Positions 20,551-30,001 of a DNA stretch of 44,029 bases are shown piece after piece. The notes below the pieces were generated by a model. The model was not told where the DNA came from. It searched no databases and saw only the letters and a list, made by a program, of their open reading frames with translations. Position numbers and translations under genes: made by a program. The first letter of the stretch is position 1; every line of letters begins with the position of its first letter. The DNA is taken from the NCBI GenBank assembly GCA_043825735.1, contig JBDRRP010000061.1, positions 1 through 44,029 of the forward strand, given 5' to 3'. The DNA is from Pseudomonadota bacterium (lineage in GTDB: Bacteria; Desulfobacterota; Desulfobacteria; Desulfobacterales; JBDRRP01).

Positions 20551-21027
20551 TCAACCGACCATATAGGTGCCCGTTCCCACCGCGATGAGCACTCCGTCGT
20601 CGTTGTGCAACTCCATTCGGGTAACGGTGACCTTGTTGCCGGCGCGCATGACGGCGCCGGTTGCGGTAAAATGCTTCCCGCGTCCCGGGCGCAGGTAGTC
20701 CACCCGCAAATCGATGGTGCCCACACCGGCCAGCCGCCGGGCAATGGTGTCGATGGGGGCGCCGGCCATCCGGTCGACCACACCGGTGGATGCCATGAGA
20801 CCTCCCGTGACGTCCAAAACCGACGAGATGACTCCGCCGTGAAGTGTCTGGTGAACGGGATTGCCGATGAGTTCCGGGCGCATCGGGAAATTCACCGACA
20901 CCGCCGTTGGGGAAACCGCATCGATTCTGAAGCCGAGAAGCTGGTTGAACGAGAGCTGATCCGAGTAGAGGCGCCTGAGGTATTCCATCCCGGCGTCCAA
21001 TTGCGATGGGGGGTGTTCTCCTGGCAT
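20551..21027 (-). CDS. PaaI/hotdog-fold thioesterase (YigI-like)
   Basis: FNQLLG, LIGNPVHQTLHGGVISSVLDVTGG, TIDLRVDYLRPGRG and GTGTYMVG. Start taken at ATG 21027. Confidence 0.88.
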   Translation of the reverse strand: MPGEHPPSQLDAGMEYLRRLYSDQLSFNQLLGFRIDAVSPTAVSVNFPMRPELIGNPVHQTLHGGVISSVLDVTGGLMASTGVVDRMAGAPIDTIARRLAGVGTIDLRVDYLRPGRGKHFTATGAVMRAGNKVTVTRMELHNDDGVLIAVGTGTYMVG

Positions 21028-21399
21028 GGCGTCGATTGATTCTCCAGACCTTGTTAGGCATGCGGGTTCGAAACGGTAACATCTGCTGCAACGGACCGCG
21101 ACGGGTCGCAGTCGAGGCTTGTAAATCCCTTGGGCCGGGGTGACCCGGCACTCCAATAATGCCCCGATCAGTTGGTATTATACTGATTTGACGAGTGTTT
21201 TGGATATAGCCGACCGACGTTTTACTGTCAATCGCCTGTCGGCGCCGCACGCCAAAATGAGCCCGGCGCTTGCATCTATGGCCTGACGGGGTATGATAGG
21301 CGGCAGGGCGCAGAGCCCGCGTGCCGGATGCCCGCAACGATCAGACAGCGGTGATCCAACCATCATCGCCATGAAACCGCGTGCCCACAGGGAGGGGAT

Positions 21400-22749
21400 A
21401 TGGGAGATATTATTCAGCTCGTCAAGGATAGAGACCCGCAGGAGAAGGAATTTCATCAGGCGGTCACCGAAGTGTTCGCGTCCATCAAGCCGGTGCTGGA
21501 GCAAAATCCCGTCTACCGGCAGGCCAAGATCATGGAGCGACTGGTGGAGCCCGAGCGGGTGATCATGTTCCGGGTGCCGTGGATGGATGAGCGCGGGGAA
21601 GTGCACGTCAACCGGGGTTTTCGCATCGAAATGAACAGCGCCATCGGTCCCTACAAGGGGGGGCTGCGGTTTCACCCCTCGGTGAACCTGGGCATCCTCA
21701 AATTTCTCGCCTTCGAGCAGGTCTTTAAAAACGCCCTCACCACCCTGCCCATGGGGGGCGGAAAAGGGGGCTCGGATTTCGATCCCAAAGGGAAATCCGA
21801 CAACGAGGTCATGCGATTTTGCCAAGCCTTCATGAGCGAGCTGTCCCGCCATATCGGTCCCAATACGGATGTGCCCGCCGGAGATATCGGTGTCGGCGCC
21901 CGTGAGATCGGCTATCTGTTCGGGATGTACAAGAAACTCAGAAACGAGTTTACCGGAGTGCTCACCGGAAAGAGCCTCAACTGGGGCGGCAGCCTGATTC
22001 GGCCGGAGGCCACCGGCTATGGCTGTGTCTACTTTGCCGCAGAGATGCTGGCTACTCGCAGCGATACCCTTGAGGGCAAAACCTGCCTCGTGTCGGGCTC
22101 CGGCAACGTGGCCCAGTACACCACCGAGAAGATTATCGACCTGGGTGGAAAGGTGATCACGCTGTCGGACTCATCCGGATACATCTACGACGAGAGCGGT
22201 ATCGACCGTAACAAGCTCGGCTATGTGAAGATGCTCAAAAATGTCCGCCGAGGTCGGATCAAGGAGTATGCCGAGAAATTCCCGGAAGCGGTCTACACGC
22301 CGCTTGACGCCGCCAAGTCGAACAACCCCCTGTGGGCTCACAAGGCCGACTGTGCGTTTCCCTGCGCAACCCAGAATGAAATCAACGACAAGGACGCGGC
22401 CAATCTCATGGCCGGCGGCGTCACGGTGGTGACCGAAGGTGCCAACATGCCCACCACCATCGAGGGGGTGGACATCTTCCTGGATGCGAAGATTCTCTAC
22501 GGTCCCGGCAAGGCGGCCAATGCCGGCGGAGTGTCGGTCTCCGGTCTGGAAATGACCCAGAACAGCATGCGGCTCTCCTGGACCAGGGAAGAAGTCGACG
22601 AACGGCTGAAGATGATCATGCACAGCATCCACAAGACTTGTATCGGCGCCGCCGAGCAGTACGGGGCGCCGGGCAACTACGTCATGGGCGCCAATATCGC
22701 CGGGTTCGTGAAGGTGGTGGATGCGATGCTGGACCAGGGTCTCGTGTAG
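21400..22749 (+). CDS. gdhA: NADP-specific glutamate dehydrogenase
   Basis: GPYKGGLRFHPSVNL, MGGGKGGSDFDPKGKS, DVPAGDIGVG, RPEATGYG, SGSGNVA and GKAANAGGV. Confidence 0.97.
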   Translation: MGDIIQLVKDRDPQEKEFHQAVTEVFASIKPVLEQNPVYRQAKIMERLVEPERVIMFRVPWMDERGEVHVNRGFRIEMNSAIGPYKGGLRFHPSVNLGILKFLAFEQVFKNALTTLPMGGGKGGSDFDPKGKSDNEVMRFCQAFMSELSRHIGPNTDVPAGDIGVGAREIGYLFGMYKKLRNEFTGVLTGKSLNWGGSLIRPEATGYGCVYFAAEMLATRSDTLEGKTCLVSGSGNVAQYTTEKIIDLGGKVITLSDSSGYIYDESGIDRNKLGYVKMLKNVRRGRIKEYAEKFPEAVYTPLDAAKSNNPLWAHKADCAFPCATQNEINDKDAANLMAGGVTVVTEGANMPTTIEGVDIFLDAKILYGPGKAANAGGVSVSGLEMTQNSMRLSWTREEVDERLKMIMHSIHKTCIGAAEQYGAPGNYVMGANIAGFVKVVDAMLDQGLV

Positions 22750-22892
22750 TTTCCGCCCCCAGAGGGCATCTTTCACTCCCTGGCGGCGTACTCGCACTTT
22801 TCGAGATCCTCGACGTAGCGGGGCTACGCCTGCGGTCTCGAAAATACTCGAGCCTTGCGCTGAACCAAAATCTACCACTTGTGAATGGCCAC
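22749..22892. repeat. ~144 bp structured palindromic repeat, family B (left arm degenerate)
   Basis: Aligns with 38823-38965 through GGCATCTTT..GGCGGCGT..ATCCTCGAC.TAG..CTA.GCCTGCGGT..CTCG.GCCTTGC..GAACCAAAATCTACCAC.TGTG. Confidence 0.75.
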
Positions 22893-23077
22893 GAGTATTA
22901 AAGCGGCCACTTTTGGCCCTGCGCTGAGGTATGGTACTTTCCAGAATAATGTTCCGTTTCGTCCCAGGATCCTCTCGGGATCGATTGTTTCTACGGCCGA
23001 TGCCGATATCAATTTCGATGGCCAATCGGCTTCGTTGTTTAAATGAAACGTGTTTATGACAACGGCTCTAACCGACT

Positions 23078-23117
23078 AACGGGCGCCCGGTTTGCGGGCG
23101 CCCGTTTTAATTTTTTT
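23078..23117. terminator. Intrinsic terminator between convergent gdhA and esterase genes
   Basis: AACGGGCGCCCG-GTTTG-CGGGCGCCCGTT followed by a T-rich tract. Confidence 0.8.
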
Positions 23118-23159
23118 CTTCGTGAACTTCGTGTCCTTCGTGGTGAATCGCCTTCCTCG

Positions 23160-23777
23160 TTATAGCAGCGGCCGGATGGCATCGTGAAAGCGCTCGGCCA
23201 TGATGGCGTAGCCGGCGTCGTTGGGGTGGATCGGATCGCTCATCAGCGTGCGGTTGCCCATGATGCCGTCGAGGATGTTGCCGATGAGTACGGCGCCGGT
23301 TTCCTTGGCCAATTCCTTGTACGCTGCCCCGTATCCCCGGCCGTAAAGGGGGATGTGGATGCCCCCGATGACGGCTACGGCACCGGCATTATGAATCCGC
23401 TCGACGATCTGTTTGAGATTGGCGAACGCTGTTTCTTTGGCAATGCCGTTTTTTAGGTCATTGCCGCCTAAGGTGATCAGCACCAGACGCGGCGATTGGC
23501 TCAATACGTAATCTTCAAGACGATTGAGACCGTCACCAGTGGTGTCGCCCGGCACACCGGCATTGACGACCCCGATTCCGATCAACCTGGACAGTTGAGA
23601 CGGGTAGCTCATCCCATCGGAGGCGCCGGTGCCGTATGTCAGACTGTCTCCAAAGCAGATGATGCGCGTGCCGGCGGTGGGCCGCCGGGACGGTTCATCC
23701 CCGCAGGCGGCAGCCAGCAGCACGATCATGCCCACCACAGCCAGGCGCCACCGCGCAGTAGTGGTGCCGGATGCCAT
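23160..23777 (-). CDS. GDSL/SGNH-family arylesterase (TesA-like), probable lipoprotein
   Basis: FGDSLT, NAGVPGDTT, LGGND and DPIHPN catalytic blocks; lipobox LAAAC. Confidence 0.92.
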   Translation of the reverse strand: MASGTTTARWRLAVVGMIVLLAAACGDEPSRRPTAGTRIICFGDSLTYGTGASDGMSYPSQLSRLIGIGVVNAGVPGDTTGDGLNRLEDYVLSQSPRLVLITLGGNDLKNGIAKETAFANLKQIVERIHNAGAVAVIGGIHIPLYGRGYGAAYKELAKETGAVLIGNILDGIMGNRTLMSDPIHPNDAGYAIMAERFHDAIRPLL

Positions 23778-24397
23778 CAGAAGAGACCCCCGTGGCCGGT
23801 TCCGATCACCAGCTCCCGGAGGGCTTCATAGCTCTGTGCGCCCACCAGACGCCTGGAGTCGAAGCAGAATGTGGGCACTGCCGTGATGCCCATCTGGCGC
23901 GAGCGTTCCCAGTCGCTGTCTACCGCAGCGGCGAACCGGCGCTCGGTGAGCACGATTTCGGCCTCTTCCGGTGAAAGCCCTGCCGCTGCTGCCAGATCGA
24001 ACAGCACGCTCAGCTTTGAGATGTTTTTGCCGTCGGCAAAATAAGCGCAGAACGCCAGGTGGTGGAACGCGTCGCCGCGGCCCTGTACCTCAGCCCATTT
24101 GCCCAGTTCCTGGGCCAGGCGGCTGTTGTAGGTATGGCGCCGGTCACCGAATAAAAGCCCCTCGGCGGCAGCCGTCTGCCGCATCTGTGAGAGCATGGCG
24201 GGGATGTCGATATTGCGGCCGCGAAACAGTTCTTCGAGGCTCAGGCCTTCTTCCGGCGTGTCCGGATGAAGCGGGAAGGCGGTCCATTTCACGGTGATGT
24301 CCAATTCCGTTTTCAGCTTTTCGATACGCCCGGTAACGAAGTAGCACCACGGTCAGATGTAGTCGGAAAAGATTTCCAGAATGGGTTGGTCATTCAT
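23777..24397 (-). CDS. DsbA/FrnE-family thioredoxin-fold oxidoreductase, probable selenoprotein (UxxC)
   Basis: MNDQPILEIFSDYI-TGA(24355-24353)-PWCYFVTGRIEKLK continues in frame into the track ORF 23777..24304 (FPLHP, GITAVPTF, GAQ). TGA occupies the first Cys of the CPWC motif, and a hairpin follows 12 nt downstream. Confidence 0.85.
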
Positions 24398-24665
24398 TTG
24401 ACAGCCTTTCTTGCAGGGTTGATCCAGCGGCGGTGGGTCGACACGATGAAGCTTTTTCCTCAAAAAGACCACCGTCGCTCGTTGCGGCGGCGGTTTGACT
24501 TCATCAGATGTTTCAGATATCAACCGACAATAAACGATAACCGCCGCAATAAGCGACATGGCTTTCGGCCCACGCGAAACGCGGGGTGTGGAAATAATAA
24601 TTCACGATATCCCGTGGCGCAATGCCACCACGGTCCTTCCCTCCTCAAATCGAGCCATAACGCCC

Positions 24666-25319
24666 ATGTTGAATCTGATCTCCTTGCGTGAGCAAATATA
24701 CACCTACCTGCGTGATGAAATGCTGAACGGCGGCATTTTACCGGACTCGACCCTCAACCTCAACGAAATCAGCCAGCGCCTGGGGATCAGTAAAACCCCG
24801 TTGCGGGACGCGCTCATAAAGCTGGAGGCCGAAGGGTTTGTCACGATCATGCCGCGGCGTGGTGTTATGGTCAATGCGCTGACCCTGGAGGATGTAAGAG
24901 ACTTCTACTGTATTATCGGCGCCCTGGAAGGGGAGGTAATCAATTCGGTTTTCGAAAGATTTAACACCGACCATCTCGAGTGCCTGCGCCGGCTCAACGA
25001 AGCCCAGCGCACCGCGCTTGCCGAGAAAGCCTACGAGAATTACTACCAGCTCAATATCGATTTCCATGATGTCTTTCTCGATCTGTCCGCCAACCGGACC
25101 CTGCGAACCATGGTCATGCCCCTGAAACAGCGGCTCTATGATTTTCAGCGCAGGCCCTACGTCACCGATTGGGAACTTCGCAACTGTCGGGAGCACGATC
25201 AACTGATCGCTAAAATCGAAACCGGCGACCGTGCTGGCGCCGTTGAGATCATCAGGGACGTTCACTGGTCCTTCACCGTTCAGGAGGGTTACATCCGCGA
25301 GTTCTATCGAAACAAATAA
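24666..25319 (+). CDS. GntR-family (FadR/FCD-type) transcriptional regulator
   Basis: SLREQIYTYLR...LGISKTPLRDALIKLEAEGFV HTH; FCD motifs NIDFH and EHDQLI. ATG at 24666. Confidence 0.9.
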   Translation: MLNLISLREQIYTYLRDEMLNGGILPDSTLNLNEISQRLGISKTPLRDALIKLEAEGFVTIMPRRGVMVNALTLEDVRDFYCIIGALEGEVINSVFERFNTDHLECLRRLNEAQRTALAEKAYENYYQLNIDFHDVFLDLSANRTLRTMVMPLKQRLYDFQRRPYVTDWELRNCREHDQLIAKIETGDRAGAVEIIRDVHWSFTVQEGYIREFYRNK

Positions 25320-25348
25320 ACCGTTGCCGGCACGCTCGGCAACGGTTT
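25318..25348 (+). terminator. Hairpin immediately after the GntR stop codon
   Basis: AAACCGTTGCCG-7 nt loop-CGGCAACGGTTT. Confidence 0.7.
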
Positions 25349-25371
25349 AGTGATTGGCAACTTCAACGATT

Positions 25372-25399
25372 ATTGATATATCAGACATCACATATCAAT
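25372..25399. promoter_or_regulatory. Candidate GntR operator upstream of xsc
   Basis: Inverted repeat ATTGATAT-N12-ATATCAAT, overlapping the palindrome TGATATATCA, with ATCA repeated every 7 bp. Confidence 0.55.
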
Positions 25400-25449
25400 G
25401 AAACTGAATTTTCTAACCTGACAAATACTGGAACCGGAGGCATCAACCA

Positions 25450-27237
25450 ATGGCAACAATGAAAATGACCACAGAAGAGGCTTTTGTGAAAGTGCTTCAG
25501 ATGCACGGCATCGAGCATGCATTTGGGATTATCGGTTCGGCCTTTATGCCAATATCAGACCTGTTTCCCAAAGCGGGGATCACGTTCTGGGATGTCGGGC
25601 ATGAAGGCAACGCCGGGATGATGGCGGACGGCTTCACCCGGGCTTCAGGCAAAATGTCCATGATGATTGCCCAGAATGGACCCGGTATCACCAACTTCGT
25701 CACACCCGTTAAAACGGCCTACTGGAACCACACGCCCCTGCTGCTGGTAACCGCTCAGGCGGCCAACATGACCATGGGCCAGGGGGGGTTTCAGGAAGTT
25801 CCGCAGATGGCTTTGTTTGAGGACATGGTTGCCTATCAGGAAGAAGTGCGTCACCCCGCCCGCATCGCCGAGGTCCTCAACCGGGTGATCATGCAGGCCA
25901 AGCGCGCCTCAGCCCCGGCCCAGATCAACGTGCCGCGTGACTTCTGGACACAGGTGATCGACATTGCGCTGCCCGCCATCGTTGAATTTGAGCTCCCGGC
26001 CGGTGGCGAGGACGCCATCGCCCGCGCGGCCAAACTGCTTTCCAGCGCCAAGTTCCCGGTGATTCTCAACGGCGGCGGCGTGGTGATCGGCGGCGCCATC
26101 ACCCATTCCATGGCGCTGGCCGAACGTCTGGACGCGCCGGTCTGCTGCGGCTACCAGCACAATGACGCCTTTCCGGGCAGCCACCGGTTGTTCGCCGGTC
26201 CACTGGGCTACAACGGGTCAAAAGCCGGGATGAAATTGATTGCCCAGGCGGACGTGGTGCTGGCACTGGGCACCCGCTTGAACCCGTTCTCCACACTGCC
26301 GGGCTACGGTATCGACTACTGGCCCACCGGCGCCGCCATAATCCAGGTCGATATCAATCCCAACCGTATTGGCCTGACCAAACCCGTTACTGTCGGCATC
26401 GCCGGTGACGCCAAGAAAGTGGCGGGCGCCATTTTGGCCCGACTGTCCGCGACCGCAGGTGATCAAGGACGCGCCGCGCGCAAAGCCGCCATCGAAAAGA
26501 CCAAGGCCGATTGGGACCGGGAACTGGTCACCATGGATCATGAAGAAGACGATCCCGGCACCACCTGGAACAAACGCGCCCAAGACAGCGCGCCGGAAAA
26601 AATGACGGCGCGCATGGCATGGCGGGCAATCATCAAGGCCTTGCCCAAAGAGGCCATCATCTCTTCGGATATCGGCAACAATTGCGCTATCGGCAATGCC
26701 TATCCCACTTTCGAGCAAGGGCGCAAATACCTGGCCCCGGGCATGTTCGGACCCTGCGGTTATGGTTTTCCCGCCATCCTGGGGGCAAAAATCGCCAAAC
26801 CCGATGTCCCGGTGGTCGGATTTGCCGGTGACGGTGCCTTTGGGATCTCCATGAATGAGATGACCGCCTGCGGCCGCAAGCAGTGGCCGGCCATCACCAT
26901 GATCATCTTCCGCAACTACCAGTGGGGCGCCGAGAAACGAAACACCACCTTGTGGTACGATGACAACTTCGTAGGAACCGAGCTGGATCTCAATGTCTCC
27001 TACGCCGGCATCGCCAAAGCGTGCGGCATGGAAGGCGTTCAGGCGACCACACCGGAGGATTTGACCGAGAAGTTGAGCGCGGCCCTCAAGGCCCAGATGG
27101 CGGAAGGCAGGACCACTTTCATCGAGGTTTTGAACAACCAGGAGCTGGGAGAGCCGTTCCGTCGCGATGCCATGAAAAAGCCGGTTGCCGTCGCCGGGAT
27201 CAACGCTGCCGATATGCGTTCCCAGAAGGGCGCGTAA
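25450..27237 (+). CDS. xsc: Sulfoacetaldehyde acetyltransferase (ThDP-dependent)
   Basis: MKMTTEEAFVKVLQMHGIEHAFGIIGSA, QNGPGITN, ThDP motif GDGAFGISMNE...NYQWGAEKRN and ELGEPFRRDAMKKP. Confidence 0.92.
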   Translation: MATMKMTTEEAFVKVLQMHGIEHAFGIIGSAFMPISDLFPKAGITFWDVGHEGNAGMMADGFTRASGKMSMMIAQNGPGITNFVTPVKTAYWNHTPLLLVTAQAANMTMGQGGFQEVPQMALFEDMVAYQEEVRHPARIAEVLNRVIMQAKRASAPAQINVPRDFWTQVIDIALPAIVEFELPAGGEDAIARAAKLLSSAKFPVILNGGGVVIGGAITHSMALAERLDAPVCCGYQHNDAFPGSHRLFAGPLGYNGSKAGMKLIAQADVVLALGTRLNPFSTLPGYGIDYWPTGAAIIQVDINPNRIGLTKPVTVGIAGDAKKVAGAILARLSATAGDQGRAARKAAIEKTKADWDRELVTMDHEEDDPGTTWNKRAQDSAPEKMTARMAWRAIIKALPKEAIISSDIGNNCAIGNAYPTFEQGRKYLAPGMFGPCGYGFPAILGAKIAKPDVPVVGFAGDGAFGISMNEMTACGRKQWPAITMIIFRNYQWGAEKRNTTLWYDDNFVGTELDLNVSYAGIAKACGMEGVQATTPEDLTEKLSAALKAQMAEGRTTFIEVLNNQELGEPFRRDAMKKPVAVAGINAADMRSQKGA

Positions 27238-27254
27238 GGTTTACAAAAATGACA

Positions 27255-27390
27255 TTTGACAAACTCGTATAACAGCAATTTTCTCGCAGAGGCGCCACGT
27301 ACGCCGAGAAATTTTATTTGATATCAGTTGGTTACCTTTGCGATCTTTGCGGCTTTGCGAGAGATTCCGACTTTTTACGGATTCATCAAA
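27255..27390. repeat. MITE/REP-like palindromic element, family A variant, between xsc and tpa
   Basis: Ends TTTGACAAACTCGTATAA / GACTTTTTACGGATTCATCAAA resemble the termini at 9509-9645 and 43958. 136 bp with 9-nt periodic internal arms (CTTTGCGATCTTTGCGGCTTTGCGAGA). Confidence 0.65.
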
Positions 27391-27407
27391 TTTGAAGGAG
27401 TAAAATC

Positions 27408-28802
27408 ATGGAAACGATCGTCGATTGGAATGCATACGATACCGAAGAGATGGTTCGTGGCGATCGGGACTACCTGTGGCACCACATCAAACCCCACAAA
27501 GTATTTCAATCCGGCGAGCAGATGATCATCGTCAAGGGCAAGGGCCTCCGGGTGACGGATATCAGAGGAAAGGAATACCTCGATGCGACATCCGGCGGCG
27601 TGTGGAGTGTCATGGTGGGCCACGGCAGGGAGAGCATCGCCAGAGCCGTTTATGATCAGCTCAAAACACTGGGCTACTACGCCGGCAGCGTCGGCAATAT
27701 TCCGACCATCAAATTTGCCGCCAAGCTGATCGAACTGATGCCGCGCCAGGGGAAAGTGTACTTCTCCAACAGTGGTTCCGAGGCGAATGAAAAGGCGTTC
27801 AAAATCGTACGCCAGCTTTCCCACATCGATCCCTCCCGCAAGGGAAAGTACAAGATTCTATTTCGCGACCGGGACTACCATGGCACCACCATCGGCACTC
27901 TCAGTGCGACCGGGCAGATGGAGCGAAAGCGGCATTTCGGCCCCTTTGCCAAAGGCTTCTCCGAATTTCCTGCCGCGTTGTGCTACCGCTGCCCTTTTGA
28001 CAAGACCTATCCGGGCTGTGACATCGATTGCGCGCGAAGTCTCGAGGCGCTGATCTTGAAGGAAGGGCCGGACACCGTCGGCGGGTGCATCGTCGAGCCG
28101 ATCACGGCGGGCGGCGGCATCATATTGCCGGTCCCCGAATACTACCCCATCTTGCAGGAAATCTGCAGCAAATACGGTGTCTACCTGATCATGGACGAGG
28201 TGGTCTGCGGTTTCGGAAGGACGGGCAAGTTCTGGGGGCATGAGCAGTTCGACGTCGATCCCGACATTGTTACCATGGCCAAGGGGCTGGCCAGCTCGTA
28301 CATGCCACTGTCGGCTACCACTGTGCGCCAGGAAATCTATGACAAGTTTCTGTGCGATCCGGGCGATCCGGCAGAGCGGCTCAATTACTTCAGGGATATC
28401 AGCACCTATGGCGGGTGTGCCGGCGCCACCGCCGCGGCGCTGGAAAGCACTCGGATCATCGAGGCGGAAAACCTCGTGGAAAACAGCCGGGTGGTGGGGG
28501 CCTATCTACTCGAGCAGCTCACCGCGCTCAGCGACATGCCACTGGTGGGAGATGTCCGGGGCAAAGGCCTTTTCTGCGGCATCGAGTTCGTGAAGGACAA
28601 GAAGACAAAAGCGGCGATCACCGAGGCCGACATGGGGCGCATTATGGCACTCGTGGCGGCCGAAGGCGTTCTGGTCGGCAGAACCAACAGCAGTCTGCCG
28701 GGCAACAACACGATCATGAACCTGGCCCCGGCGCTGGTTGCCACAACCGCGGATGTGGACGAGATGGTTGCGGCCATCAAAAAGGCGATTGAAAAGTTCT
28801 GA
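27408..28802 (+). CDS. tpa: Class III PLP aminotransferase, probable taurine:pyruvate aminotransferase
   Basis: YLWHH, YLDATSGGVW, NSGSEANE, YHGTT, DEVVCGFGRTG, MAKG and YFRDISTYGGC; directly downstream of xsc. Confidence 0.8.
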   Translation: METIVDWNAYDTEEMVRGDRDYLWHHIKPHKVFQSGEQMIIVKGKGLRVTDIRGKEYLDATSGGVWSVMVGHGRESIARAVYDQLKTLGYYAGSVGNIPTIKFAAKLIELMPRQGKVYFSNSGSEANEKAFKIVRQLSHIDPSRKGKYKILFRDRDYHGTTIGTLSATGQMERKRHFGPFAKGFSEFPAALCYRCPFDKTYPGCDIDCARSLEALILKEGPDTVGGCIVEPITAGGGIILPVPEYYPILQEICSKYGVYLIMDEVVCGFGRTGKFWGHEQFDVDPDIVTMAKGLASSYMPLSATTVRQEIYDKFLCDPGDPAERLNYFRDISTYGGCAGATAAALESTRIIEAENLVENSRVVGAYLLEQLTALSDMPLVGDVRGKGLFCGIEFVKDKKTKAAITEADMGRIMALVAAEGVLVGRTNSSLPGNNTIMNLAPALVATTADVDEMVAAIKKAIEKF

Positions 28803-28854
28803 TTTCCGCGCGGCTGCGCCTACCGTTTCCGGGCGCAGAAGATCGTGTCAGTAT

Positions 28855-28894
28855 CAAACGCCGTTCTCCGTCATTTGCCGGAGAGCGGCGTTTG
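28855..28894 (+). terminator. Hairpin after tpa
   Basis: CAAACGCCGTTCTCCG-loop-CGGAGAGCGGCGTTTG. Confidence 0.6.
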
Positions 28895-28996
28895 TCACTT
28901 GTGTATGGTTGAAATCGATCAGCAGGTGTCTTAAAAAGAGACAGACCGCCGGTGTCAGGCGGGTATGGGCAACCGCCGGCGCAAGGAGGCGACGTT

Positions 28997-30001
28997 ATGA
29001 CTGCGGATCCCGACATTCAGGACGGTTTTCGGATCGTGGGCGAAAAAGAACCGTTGACGCCGATCCAGCGCCGGCTGTTTAATCTCATGATCTGGCATGC
29101 CTTGGCATCGGGTATCGATGCCCCCCATCACTCGATTGCGCTGGTTTCTTTGAACGACAGTCTCGATACGGCCGGAAGGCCCCCTGAGTGGCTGCTGCTC
29201 AATCTTGAGAGAATTGCCGCCACAAGGATCCGCTGGCGCGGGTTCCCGGCGGGCGCAGCGCTCGAAGAGTCCGGGTTCAGCCCTCTGCTTTCCGCCTGTT
29301 GGGTGTCTGAAGGCGCGCTTCATTACAGTCTGTCAGGACGCGTAACGCGCTTTCTGGGGGATTCCCGTCTGCGCCGGGTGCTTGCCTTGAGCAGTGACGA
29401 CGTTTTCAGGCATCCGTTCAGTGCCGGTATCTACCGACTGCTTCAGAATTATGCCGATGCGGGCACGACAGGCCGCTGGCGGCTGGACCGTTTTTGCGAG
29501 GCCGCGGCAATAGATGTCAAGATCATGACCTCCAGCGCAGCCGCCCTGCGCGACAAAGTGGTGAGCCCGGCAATGGCGGAGATTTCCCTTTACAGCGATC
29601 TCACCGTGTCGGCCGAGTGGCTCCGCGAGACGGATACCGGCGCGCCCGAGATCAAGTTCACCGTCCGGCGAAAAGATGACGCCCGTCCCGACGCCTGCCT
29701 TCTGCTGCCCGGCGCCGGAGACGGCCCGCTGACTCCGGAACTCGCCCGGGAGCAGCGGTTCGAGGCCTACAAGGCCGGGCTTGTCTGTGATGCCGCCGCA
29801 GCCATGAGTCCGGCCGAGATGGCGGACATCCGGCGAAGCTTCATCGACAGCATCAGAAAAAACGCCGTCATGATGAAAAAATATGAAAAGGACGGATTCG
29901 ACAGCCTGGCAGTCAAGCTGGCCTTTGAAGTGTATCAGGAAAAACTGCTTCTCAGCGACCGGCAGCGCGATCCTGAGCGGTTTAAAGCCCCCCCCCTTTG
30001 A
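28997..30001 (+). CDS. Rep_3/RepB-like replication initiator homolog (double winged helix)
   Basis: ATG 28997 after AAGGAGG. LTPIQRRLFNLMIWHA, FSAGIYRLLQNY, WRLDRF and LRDKVVSPAMAEISLYSDLTV...IKFTV resemble Rep_3 initiators. Confidence 0.6.
   Translation: MTADPDIQDGFRIVGEKEPLTPIQRRLFNLMIWHALASGIDAPHHSIALVSLNDSLDTAGRPPEWLLLNLERIAATRIRWRGFPAGAALEESGFSPLLSACWVSEGALHYSLSGRVTRFLGDSRLRRVLALSSDDVFRHPFSAGIYRLLQNYADAGTTGRWRLDRFCEAAAIDVKIMTSSAAALRDKVVSPAMAEISLYSDLTVSAEWLRETDTGAPEIKFTVRRKDDARPDACLLLPGAGDGPLTPELAREQRFEAYKAGLVCDAAAAMSPAEMADIRRSFIDSIRKNAVMMKKYEKDGFDSLAVKLAFEVYQEKLLLSDRQRDPERFKAPPL

Noticed and set aside
24353..24355. Treating the TGA-split DsbA and DUF166 genes as pseudogenes
   Set aside because: Both TGAs fall in Cys-type motifs and have SECIS-like hairpins, so Sec recoding is the better explanation.
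28803..28996. Iterons or plasmid origin upstream of the Rep-like gene
   Set aside because: No direct repeats of iteron size and no AT-rich unwinding region; only a terminator-like hairpin.
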